Source of the DNA: Candidatus Sungbacteria bacterium RIFCSPLOWO2_01_FULL_47_32
GTDB lineage: Bacteria > Patescibacteriota > Minisyncoccia > Sungbacterales > GWA2-42-14
Assembly: GCA_001820685.1 (NCBI GenBank)
Contig: MHQP01000009.1
Coordinates: forward strand, 808 to 64,807
DNA length: 64,000 bases
Reading direction: 5' to 3'
The position numbers were made by a program, and so were the translations under genes. The stretch's first letter is position 1, and every line of letters starts with the position of its first letter. Below, piece after piece: positions 1 through 8,500 of the stretch. Under the pieces are notes generated by a model. The model was not told the DNA's origin, searched no databases, and saw only the letters and a list, made by a program, of their open reading frames with translations.

Positions 1-370
1 TCTTATGGCGGCAAACTCCGAATTCAAGTTTAATCTTTATGCCTTTATTATACACCCGAAGCGGCACTAATGTCAAGCCTTTTTGCGCCGATTTTCCGAT
101 GAGTTCGCGAATTTCTGATTTATGCAATAGAAGTTTTCTTGTTCTGTCCTGCTCGTAACCGCCAGGAGTATTTTTTGCCTGATACGGAGGAATAGAGGCG
201 CCGAGCAAAAAAGCTTCGCTCCCGCGGATAACGACGAACGAGCCCGAAAGATTCATTCTGCCGGAGCGCACCGCCTTCACTTCGTGCCCGAGCAACTCCA
301 AACCGGCCTCGTAAAGTTCGAGTATTTCATAATCGAAATATGCGCGTTTGTTGGTGGCCATCGGCTGCAT
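1..370 (-). CDS. smpB: SsrA-binding protein SmpB (C-terminal ~25 aa lost at window edge)
   Basis: Hand translation of the minus strand from ATG 370..368 has no stops to position 2: MQPMATNKRAYFDYEILELYEAGLELLGHEVKAVRSGRMNLSGSFVVIRGSEAFLLGASIPPYQ...DRTRKLLLHKSEIREL...VYNKGIKIKLEFGVCRHK. This is collinear with the SmpB signatures NKRA..Y...E.EAGL.L.G.EVKS.R.G..N...S.V..R..EAFL.GA.I.PY and TRKLLL. The ORF runs off the window edge, so it is absent from the ORF track. Confidence 0.8.
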   Translation of the reverse strand, partial: MQPMATNKRAYFDYEILELYEAGLELLGHEVKAVRSGRMNLSGSFVVIRGSEAFLLGASIPPYQAKNTPGGYEQDRTRKLLLHKSEIRELIGKSAQKGLTLVPLRVYNKGIKIKLEFGVCRHK

Positions 371-509
371 ATGATAAGAGTATCCCAGAATATTGCATTT
401 TTGAAGAGGGAACAAGAGGCGATGAATGGAATAGAAAAATGCTTGAAATCATGAAAAAAATGTGATAGTGTACGCCCACTGTTGTTCCTTTAAAAAAGAG
501 GCATTGCTC

Positions 510-1928
510 ATGTGCGGAATCATCGGAGCTATTTCCGAGAACGGCGGAGTCGCGCAGGATATTTATCCCGGGCTTTGGTCGCTTCAGCACCGCGGGAAAG
601 AAAGTGCCGGCATTATTACATATGACGGGCAAAAGTATCACAAAAAGAAAGACATGGGAACGGTAGAAGTTGTTTTCGGGAATGACGCCCTCTTGGGCCT
701 TGCGGGAGGTGCCGGCATTGGGCATGTGCGCTATTCAACGACGGGGCCGAACTCGGCCGAAAATATCCAGCCGGTTGAGGGCTCGTTCCGGAGCATTCCG
801 TTTTGGATAGGACATAACGGCAACTTTACGAACACCGAAGAACTTCGCGCCGAGTGCGAGAGTAAAGGATATTACTTCAAAACAACAACCGACACTGAAG
901 TTCTTGCGGCCCTCATTTTCCTTCATGGGCTTGGAGGACAAAAAAGTTTTGAATATGCCCTGAAGCTTTCTCTCAAAAAGATCGAGGGAACATACTCCAT
1001 TGTCGTGCTCTATAAAAACACAGTGTACGGCGTTGTGGACCCGACTGCAAACAGGCCGCTTGTGTATGGGGAGGGAAGGGGTCTCCGGGTTCTTGCGTCG
1101 GAGTCGGCCGCGTGCGACGTTCTTGGAATAAAATATCTTCGCGATGTAGGCCCCTGCGAGCTCATTATTTTACAAACGACGCCCACCTATCTTCAAAGGG
1201 ACCACATAGGCGATCATGCTGACGACTCTTCTCTTAAACAAAAATTCTGCATTTTTGAATATGTTTACTTTTTGCGTCCCGACAGCAAATTTGACGGAAG
1301 AAGGGCTCAATCTACCCGGGAAGAAATGGGCAAGCGGCTTTGGAAAGAATCGCCCGTTTCGGCGGATATCGTCGTACCGATTCCGGACTCCGGAAACTTT
1401 GCCGCCTCCGGTCTTGCCACGGAAGCAGGGCTCCCTTTTGTTATGGCATTCTTTCGGTCGCACTATGTCGGGCGCACGTTCATCGAGCCCATTCAGGAAC
1501 GGCGTGAAAAGGGCCTTCGGATAAAACTCAATATTATTCCCGAGCTTGTTGCCGGAAAACGGGTTGTCATTGTTGATGACTCCATCGTTCGTTCTACCGT
1601 TATAAAAAAAGTCATCGCGATGCTTCGCGAAGCGGGAGCGAAAGAAATTCATGTTCGAATCAGTTCTCCTTCTTATACTCATCCGTGCCATTACGGCATT
1701 GATACCTATCGGGTAAAGAACGAACTCATTGCCAAACGCCACGGAGGCAATAGTGAAGCCATTCGAGAAGAAATTGGCGCGGATTCGCTTCACCATCTAA
1801 GCCTTGAAGGACTTAAGGAATCAGTGTGGGTTTCGCGCGACAAAACAGTCTCTCGTTTTGGAAAGGAACAGATGTGCGATGCATGTTTTTCGGGAACATA
1901 TCATATTCCAATCAAAGAAAGGAAGTAA
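510..1928 (+). CDS. purF: amidophosphoribosyltransferase (class-II Gln amidotransferase + PRTase)
   Basis: Starts MCGIIGA (Ntn Cys). Has a PRTase P-loop region VVIVDDSIVRSTV. C-terminal Cys ligands. SD aagagg lies 8 nt upstream of ATG 510 (Met 17 of the track ORF). Confidence 0.9.
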   Translation: MCGIIGAISENGGVAQDIYPGLWSLQHRGKESAGIITYDGQKYHKKKDMGTVEVVFGNDALLGLAGGAGIGHVRYSTTGPNSAENIQPVEGSFRSIPFWIGHNGNFTNTEELRAECESKGYYFKTTTDTEVLAALIFLHGLGGQKSFEYALKLSLKKIEGTYSIVVLYKNTVYGVVDPTANRPLVYGEGRGLRVLASESAACDVLGIKYLRDVGPCELIILQTTPTYLQRDHIGDHADDSSLKQKFCIFEYVYFLRPDSKFDGRRAQSTREEMGKRLWKESPVSADIVVPIPDSGNFAASGLATEAGLPFVMAFFRSHYVGRTFIEPIQERREKGLRIKLNIIPELVAGKRVVIVDDSIVRSTVIKKVIAMLREAGAKEIHVRISSPSYTHPCHYGIDTYRVKNELIAKRHGGNSEAIREEIGADSLHHLSLEGLKESVWVSRDKTVSRFGKEQMCDACFSGTYHIPIKERK

Positions 1929-1945
1929 TGATAAAAATTACACCT

Positions 1946-1976
1946 GCTCCGATAGCCATCGGGACGGGTTTTTTGT
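1946..1976 (+). terminator. intrinsic terminator after purF
   Basis: Hairpin ctccgatagccatcggga followed by cgggtttttt. Confidence 0.5.
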
Positions 1977-2007
1977 TTGCACAAAAACTTGACTTAATGA
2001 TATCCTC

Positions 2008-2325
2008 ATGGTACATTTTTTTTATGTTCTTTTAAGGTGGAGAGACTTCGTGGCAGAAGTTTTGTGTATAGAACCGAGTGATCGCGATATAAAACTTCAG
2101 GCAATTAAGGACTATGTCTGGCGCGAGCGGATGCGGAGTGATATCACAATTCTTGGATATACCTATCGGTTCGAACTTGGATGTTGGGGGTGTGGAGAAT
2201 TTTTTAACCTTGTTGAGTGCCAGCTTTTATCTACAAAAGAAGGATACGGCGGTTGGCAGGAGCTCAAACACGATGGCATACTCGACGGGGTGTATGAATA
2301 TGTAACGAAAGGGAGGCGCGGTTAG
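2008..2325 (+). CDS. hypothetical small protein (105 aa; alternative GTG start at 2050 with a GGTGGAG SD)
   Basis: Track ORF with no recognisable motif. A TTGACT(1989-1994)-N17-TACATT(2012-2017) promoter-like pair would favour the GTG 2050 start. A terminator follows. Confidence 0.35.
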   Translation: MVHFFYVLLRWRDFVAEVLCIEPSDRDIKLQAIKDYVWRERMRSDITILGYTYRFELGCWGCGEFFNLVECQLLSTKEGYGGWQELKHDGILDGVYEYVTKGRRG

Positions 2326-2337
2326 CTTCTCTTATAA

Positions 2338-2360
2338 AGCGGCATTTTGCCGTTTTTTTC
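2338..2360 (+). terminator. intrinsic terminator
   Basis: Hairpin cggcattttgccg followed by ttttttt. Confidence 0.55.
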
Positions 2361-2397
2361 TTTTGCCTTATTCCCATTTTTTCGATAGAGTAAAGAT

Positions 2398-4110
2398 ATG
2401 ATACGCGAAGACATACGAAAAATCGTGCGGAATGCGGCCGAAAAAAAATTCGGCAATATTGGCGAGCCTGTTTTTACGGTTGAGGTTCCGGAAAATTCCG
2501 AACACGGCGACTACTCGACAAACATCGCGATGGCTCTTGCACGTACCATCAAAAAAAATCCGCTTGAAATTGCAGCGTTATTGACGGAAAGCTTAAAGGC
2601 TGAAAAGTTATTTTCCTCGGTCGCGGCTGCACCTCCCGGATTTATTAATTTCCGGCTGAATGAGGTAAATCTACTTTCTGAAATTCAAAAAAAGCTCAAA
2701 AACAAAAAAGCGTTCGGAAAAACTAATGTAGGCAAAGGCAAAACAGTTCTTGTCGAATACTTCCAGTTAAACATCGCAAAGCGCCCTCATGTGGGGCATC
2801 TTCGCTCTGCCGTTATTGGAGACGCCTTAAAACGGGTGCTTCTTTTGTCCGGATACAAAGCCGTTTCAGACACGCACGTGGGGGACTGGGGAACGCAGTT
2901 TGGGATTTTGCTTCTTGGCTTCAAAGAGGCCGGAATGTCCGTCAAAGACAAAAAAGTTTTGGCCGATCCATTTGGAGTACTTGAAGAGCTCTATATTAAG
3001 GAAAATGAAAAGATAGAAGCCGATTCGGACAGACGTGAGAAAGCAAAACTTGAGTTCGCAAAGCTAGAAAAAGGAGACAGAGAAAACAGAAAAATCTGGA
3101 AATGGATGGTTGATATTTCGATGAAGAATCTTGAAACATCAGCGCACCATCTCGGGCTTTTGAAGTTTGACGAACACAAAGGCGAAAGTTCATACGAAAA
3201 AGATATGCCAGGAATTGTGGCTCTCGCGTTTACAAAAAGGGTTGCTATAAAGAAAGACGGCGCTGCGATCGTTGACCTTTCGGACGAAAAACTTGACGAG
3301 GCGGTGCTTGTAAAGTCCGACGGAGCCTCAACATACCTTCTGCGCGACCTTGCGACAATTCAATACCGCGAAAAAAAGAAATATTTTAAAAACTTATATG
3401 TGGTTGATGTGCGCCAACAGCACCATTTTAGACAAGTTCATTTCGTTGCCGCGAGCCTCGGATTTAATTTTGAAGGAGAATCCCGCCTTGTTGAATTCGG
3501 CGCAATGACGCTTCCGGAAGGGAAAATGAGCACGCGCAAAGGCAACATTATTTCGCTTGAAAGTCTTTTGAAAGAGGCGGGCGAGCGGGCGCTCAAGGTC
3601 ATTAAAGAAAAAAATCCGGAATTGAAAAATATGGGGAGCGTTGCCGGAGCGGTCGGGCTTGGAGCCATAAAATATTTTGATCTTTCGCGAAACCGTAAAT
3701 CCGATATTGTATTTCGTTGGGAAGACGCACTTGCGTTTGAAGGAAATACCGGGCCGTATTTGCAATATACCCACGCGCGCCTTAAAAGCATTCTTAGGAA
3801 AGCGAAAAAAACGGTGAAGCTTCCTAAAAATATTCCGGTGTTGAGCGACTTAGAACACGAAATTCTTTCGCGTATTCTTTCGTTTGAAGAAGCTATCGAA
3901 GACTCTCTTGCGTCATATGCTCCGAACATTCTTGCGAACTACCTTCACTCGCTTGCCCAAAACGTGAATGAGTTTTATCATTCACACCCCGTTTTGAATG
4001 AACCGGATGAGGGCAAGAAAGCAGTTCGTCTGATGCTCGTTGAATCGTCTACAACCGCCTTAAAGCAAGGGCTTTGGTGTTTGGGGATTGTGGCGCCGGA
4101 AGAAATGTAG
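2398..4110 (+). CDS. argS: arginyl-tRNA synthetase
   Basis: Class I HVGH (HVGHLRSAVIGD). DALR-type anticodon-binding C-terminus. ArgS N-terminal add-on domain. 570 aa. Confidence 0.92.
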   Translation: MIREDIRKIVRNAAEKKFGNIGEPVFTVEVPENSEHGDYSTNIAMALARTIKKNPLEIAALLTESLKAEKLFSSVAAAPPGFINFRLNEVNLLSEIQKKLKNKKAFGKTNVGKGKTVLVEYFQLNIAKRPHVGHLRSAVIGDALKRVLLLSGYKAVSDTHVGDWGTQFGILLLGFKEAGMSVKDKKVLADPFGVLEELYIKENEKIEADSDRREKAKLEFAKLEKGDRENRKIWKWMVDISMKNLETSAHHLGLLKFDEHKGESSYEKDMPGIVALAFTKRVAIKKDGAAIVDLSDEKLDEAVLVKSDGASTYLLRDLATIQYREKKKYFKNLYVVDVRQQHHFRQVHFVAASLGFNFEGESRLVEFGAMTLPEGKMSTRKGNIISLESLLKEAGERALKVIKEKNPELKNMGSVAGAVGLGAIKYFDLSRNRKSDIVFRWEDALAFEGNTGPYLQYTHARLKSILRKAKKTVKLPKNIPVLSDLEHEILSRILSFEEAIEDSLASYAPNILANYLHSLAQNVNEFYHSHPVLNEPDEGKKAVRLMLVESSTTALKQGLWCLGIVAPEEM

Positions 4111-4112
4111 TC

Positions 4113-4206
4113 TCGCTCGGAATAGGACAAATTTTTAACGCCTATATTTTATATTCTGTATTGACCCCACCGCCAGCCCGATTAAAAATTTGTCCTATTT
4201 CTCGCT
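4113..4206 (+). repeat. dispersed structured repeat, copy A (arms ggacaaatttttaa / ttaaaaatttgtcc around the core CGCC..TATATTC..TTGACCCCACCGCCAGCCCGA)
   Basis: The core recurs at 16157, 35463 and 47608 (on the minus strand there). The flanking arms are inverted repeats. Copy A starts 3 nt after the argS stop codon. Confidence 0.7.
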
Positions 4207-4224
4207 TATGGCTTACTGAAGGAA

Positions 4225-4352
4225 ATAAATTTTTTCTCGCGCCTTTATTGCATATTCGGTATTGACTCCACAGCCCTTTTGCCCCTCACAAAAGCCCAGA
4301 GTTGTCCCCCTGATAACTCGTCGCGTTACGACCCCGACGAGAAAAAATTTTA
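4225..4352 (+). repeat. dispersed structured repeat, copy B (expanded variant; arms aaattttttctcg / cgacgagaaaaaattt)
   Basis: Core variant cgcctttattgcatattcggtattgactccacagccc plus a ~55 nt insert. The right arm is preceded by CCCCGA, as in the other copies. Confidence 0.55.
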
Positions 4353-4357
4353 CAGTT

Positions 4358-4400
4358 TCGCTCGGAATAGGACAAATTTTTAACGCCTTTGTTATAAATT
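4358..4400 (+). repeat. partial copy (left arm tcgctcggaataggacaaatttttaacgcc only)
   Basis: Identical to copy A's left arm over 30 nt, then diverges. Confidence 0.5.
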
Positions 4401-4415
4401 TCGAGGAGGCTATTC

Positions 4416-4478
4416 ATGGCTTCCTCTTTTTGTTATGATAGGGAAAGTTCTTCACATATCAGAGGTTTCATATGCTAA
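4416..4478 (+). CDS. possible 20-aa leader peptide / uORF (MASSFCYDRESSSHIRGFIC)
   Basis: A GAGGAGG SD lies 6 nt upstream of ATG 4416. Its stop overlaps the ATG of the downstream gene (ataTGCTAA). Confidence 0.25.
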   Translation: MASSFCYDRESSSHIRGFIC

Positions 4479-5158
4479 AAGCCCCTGTTTTTCGTTTGTT
4501 ACTAGGAACGGTGCTCATGGTATTTGTGCTCTCTTTTTTAGGAGTAACTTCCTATGTGTATTATGAGCCGCCAAAAGACGAATACACCGAATACGAGGAA
4601 CTTGTCTATGAGATGCTCTCGCCTCAGGGAGATTCGTCAGTTCCTGACTATCGCGACCTGTACCTTAAAAAGATCGCCAAGTACGAAGCGTTCATAAAAA
4701 AATATCCGAAGTCTCCCCTGGTGTCGGAAGCAAAACTCCGCATCGCGGAGCTCTACCGCGACGTTGACCGCGCGGAAATTTATACCTATCGCAAAGAAAT
4801 GTTTGACTGTGTCACGAGGGCAAATTTTGACGTAGCAACGGAAGAGTTCTGCATTGCAGATTTCTACCGCCGCTCCGGAAATCCGCGTGACCCGCTGTAT
4901 TTCGCAAAGGCGCAAAAACTTCTTGAAGAAATTGTCCGCGACTACGGACACAACCAGCGCTACGCGCTCACTGACCCAGGCCAGGGCCGTTTCGAATATA
5001 TCAACGAAGACGCGGGAGGATACGCGTTATACCTTCTTTCACAGGGGAAATCTCCCGAAGAAAAACTCAAAAATTATAGAAAAATTTTAAAAGAATACCG
5101 CGTACGGCCGGAATTCAAAAAGGTCGTTGAAGATTACGTGAGAAACTACGGAAAATAA
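4472..5158 (+). CDS. hypothetical N-terminally membrane-anchored protein (228 aa)
   Basis: N-terminal TM/signal anchor LLLGTVLMVFVLSFLGV. Helical, TPR-like body. No catalytic motif recognised. Confidence 0.55.
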   Translation: MLKAPVFRLLLGTVLMVFVLSFLGVTSYVYYEPPKDEYTEYEELVYEMLSPQGDSSVPDYRDLYLKKIAKYEAFIKKYPKSPLVSEAKLRIAELYRDVDRAEIYTYRKEMFDCVTRANFDVATEEFCIADFYRRSGNPRDPLYFAKAQKLLEEIVRDYGHNQRYALTDPGQGRFEYINEDAGGYALYLLSQGKSPEEKLKNYRKILKEYRVRPEFKKVVEDYVRNYGK

Positions 5159-5189
5159 ACGCTCCGATGAGCATCGGAGCGTTTTTTGT
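5159..5189 (+). terminator. intrinsic terminator
   Basis: Hairpin cgctccgatgagcatcggagcg followed by ttttttg. Confidence 0.6.
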
Positions 5190-5256
5190 TTGCCGCTTGT
5201 ATATAAGCCGGAACGGTGTTAGTCTTGAGTCAGTTCTTGCGAATGAGGAGTGCGCC

Positions 5257-5526
5257 ATGAACGTGTCAGATGTTCTCTTTTATCTCGGAGGAGTGTCTTT
5301 GGGAGCCGCTCCGTGGGTTCAGGTGGTGCGGATATTCCGTCTAAGGCGCGCGGATACGATGTCGCTTGCGGCCCTTGCGGGCATTGTGCTTGGACTTTTA
5401 GCAAACGAAATTGCGGCAGTTCTTATTGGCCAAAGAAGCCTTTTGATAGCAAACAGCGTTTCTCTTGTCGGATGGACTATTGTTCTTTTTCAAAAGATAT
5501 ATTTTGATATGCTCATCCGGCGGTAA
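5257..5526 (+). CDS. SemiSWEET / PQ-loop sugar transporter (3 TM, 89 aa)
   Basis: GAAPWVQVVRIFRLRRADTMSLAALAG ... LIANSVSLVGWTIVLF aligns with bacterial SemiSWEET (LPQV.RV..TK.TRDIS ... ILANVVTL). Met 31 of the track ORF. Confidence 0.7.
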   Translation: MNVSDVLFYLGGVSLGAAPWVQVVRIFRLRRADTMSLAALAGIVLGLLANEIAAVLIGQRSLLIANSVSLVGWTIVLFQKIYFDMLIRR

Positions 5527-5543
5527 TTCCGCCGATTTTTATT
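5516..5543 (+). terminator. intrinsic terminator
   Basis: Hairpin cggcggtaattccgccg followed by attttta. Confidence 0.45.
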
Positions 5544-5599
5544 GCCAAAACATTCTTCGGTCGTTTGATTTTAAGCGGTAAAGTGATATTATATGAAGC

Positions 5600-8500
5600 A
5601 TGCCGGACGATTCAAAACAACTAAACCTGCCCAAGCGCGAGGAAGAGGTGCTCAAGCTATGGGAGACAGAGGGCACATTTGAGAGGAGCCTTGAGAAAAC
5701 GAAAAAAGGAAAGCTTTTTACGTTCTTCGAAGGGCCTCCAACAGCAAATGCCGCTCCAGGCATCCACCACCTTGAATCGCGCGCCTTTAAGGACATTATT
5801 CCTCGCTATAAAACTATGCGCGGTTTTTTTGTTCCAAGAAAAGCAGGCTGGGACACGCACGGGCTTCCGGTCGAAATTCAGGTTGAAAAAGCCCTCGGCC
5901 TCAAGACAAAAAAAGATATTGAAGCATACGGTATCGCGGCATTCAACGAAAAATGCCGGGAGTCCGTGTGGCAATTCAAAGAAGCATGGGAAAAATCAAC
6001 CAAGCGAATCGGATTTTGGCTTGACCTTAAACAACCATATATAACTTACCAATCGGAATATATGGAAAGCCTATGGTGGATAATCAAAGAGATATGGAAA
6101 AAAGGACTATTGTATCAGGACTTCAAGGTAATTCCGTGGTGCTCCCGGTGCGGTACGGGGCTTTCAACGCATGAGCTGGGACAGCCCGGAGCGTATCGTT
6201 CGGTCAAAGAAAATTCCGTTTTTGTGAAGTTAAAAATAATGACCACGGGGCACACGAACGAATATCTGCTCGTGTGGACGACGACACCGTGGACGCTTTC
6301 CGCGAACGTTGCGGTCGCGGTCAATCCAAAAATAGATTACACAAAATTCAAGATTGGGGGCGAATACGTTTGGTCTGCCACACCGCCTCCGTACGGGCAG
6401 GGGGAGGAGATTGGGGTAATTGAAAAAGTTTCGGGGAGGTCTCTCCTTGGAATAATCTACGAACCGCTTTACCGGATTCCGAAAGAATATTCTCTCGGCG
6501 GCACTACCGAATACTCCGTTATCGGAGGAGATTTTGTTTCGACGGAAGACGGAACGGGCATGGTGCACATAGCGCCTGCGTTTGGGGATGAAGATATGAT
6601 TGCGGCAAAAAAAACATGGGGAGAAAAGTATCCGATATTCCATACCGTCAACCTCGACGGTACGATGAAGCGTGGCCTTGTTGGAGAAGGAAAATTCGCA
6701 AAAGATGCTGATGCTGAAATTGTGGAAGAACTTAAAAAGAGAGGGGTGGTGTACAAGGTAAAACCGTTCGAACATGATTATCCGTTTTGCTGGAGGTGTG
6801 GGACCGCCCTTCTCTATTTTGCAAAAAACGCCTGGTGGATAAAAATGTCGGGCTTCAAGGAAAAACTTCTTCAAAACAACGCGACAATCAACTGGGTTCC
6901 GGAACACATTAAAGAAGGGCGGTTCGGAGAATTCTTGCGAGAAGTGCGCGACTGGGCTTTTTCTCGCGACCGGTTTTGGGGAACTCCGCTTCCTGTGTGG
7001 CAATGCGAAGGATGCGGATATCAAGACATCATAGGCTCTTTTGGCGAACTTGATGCGAAAAGCGGGGGCGCTAAGAACAAATATTTGGTCATGCGGCACG
7101 GAGAATCAGAGTCAAATATACAAAATATCTGTGGGGCCAAGGATGGCTATTCGCTGACGCTCAAGGGCAGAACAGAAGTTGAAAAAGCGATTCGAATTCT
7201 GAAGAAGGAAAACATTGATGCCATTTTTGCTTCTCCGATAACCCGAACCAAAGAAACCGCAGAGATTGTGGGAGAATTCCTCGGAAAGACAATTCGCTAC
7301 GACGCGCGGCTTCGCGAGATTAACGTCGGAGACTTCGAAGGGCGGCTTGATCACCTGTATCATAGTTACTTTTCTTCGCATATCGAAAAATTCACCAAAC
7401 GCCCCCCGAACGGAGAAACGTTAAGTGATCTTCGCAGACGCATGATGGATTTTATTGAAGAAATCGAAAAAAAATTTTCAGGCAAAAAAATTCTTATCGT
7501 GAGCCATGAATATCCGATTTGGATGCTTGCAAGCGGCTCTCTCGGCTGGTCGAATGAAGCGACCATTACCGCGCACACCGGCACGAGGGCCGATGATTTC
7601 ATTGATTTTGCCGAGGTACAAGAGCTTTTGTACAAAAAATTACCGCGGGATAATACCGGCGCGGTCAACGTCCATCGGCCGTATAGTGATGAGTTTCGTT
7701 TGCCATGCCCGAAATGCAAAAAGTCGATGAAGCGCGTTTCAGAAGTCGTTGATGTGTGGTTTGACTCCGGGGCAATGCCGTTTGCACAGTCGCATTTTCC
7801 GTTTGCTTTCGAAAAAGGCTCAAAACCAAAAGAAAAACTTTTATTTCCTGCGGAATATATTTCCGAGGCGGTTGACCAGACGCGCGGGTGGTTTTATACG
7901 CTTCTTGCCGTCTCCACACTCCTTGGAAAAGGGGCGCCTTATAAAAATGTTGTTTCTTTGGGGCATGTTCTCGATAAAAATGGACAGAAAATGTCGAAGT
8001 CAAAAGAGAATGTCGTGCGCCCGGACGAAATGATACAAAAATACGGAGCCGACACAATCCGGTGGTATTTCTATTCCATCAACGCTCCGGGCGAGCCGAA
8101 GAAATTCGACGAGAAGGATCTGCAAAACAAACTCCGTGGATTTTTAGGGACACTCTGGAATAGTTTCATTCTTTTCGAAACATATGTTTCGAAAACAAAA
8201 CCCTCAGCGTCGAGCAAAAATATTCTTGACCGGTGGATAGTTGCGCGAACAAACGAGCTTGTTTCAACTGTTTCAAAAGGCCTGGATACTTACGATATTA
8301 CGGGAGCCGCGCGCGCGATAGAAGAGTTCACGATAGGCGATTTTTCAAACTGGTATTTGCGGCGTTCCCGAAGGCGTTTCCAGAAGTCTAAAAGCGCCGT
8401 CGAAAAAAAAGCAGCTACCGAAACAACCGCGTATGTTCTTCTTACTCTTGCAAAACTTACCGCTCCATTCATGCCCTTTGTGGCGGAAATTTTATGGCAG

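Noticed and set aside
1170-1796. 208-aa minus-strand ORF inside purF, and similar long antisense ORFs inside ileS (6230..7099), rel (30756..31421, 30803..31387), the leuS start (22076..22582) and lnt (55572..56177)
   Set aside because: Each lies entirely within and antisense to a well-supported conserved gene. Their compositions (Arg/Ser/Phe-rich) are typical of antisense frames. No independent SD or terminator.
1989-2017. TTGACT-N17-TACATT promoter upstream of the 2008/2050 ORF
   Set aside because: Plausible, but the -10 overlaps the ATG 2008 start of the track ORF. It can only be right if the GTG 2050 start is used, so it is not listed as a feature.
4161-4196. Considered whether the repeat core TTGACC...N17...TTAAAA/AAAAAT is a promoter carried by a mobile element
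   Set aside because: The -10-like hexamer falls in the variable arm and is absent from copy E (cgaagaaa). The arms co-vary as a stem, which favours a structural element.
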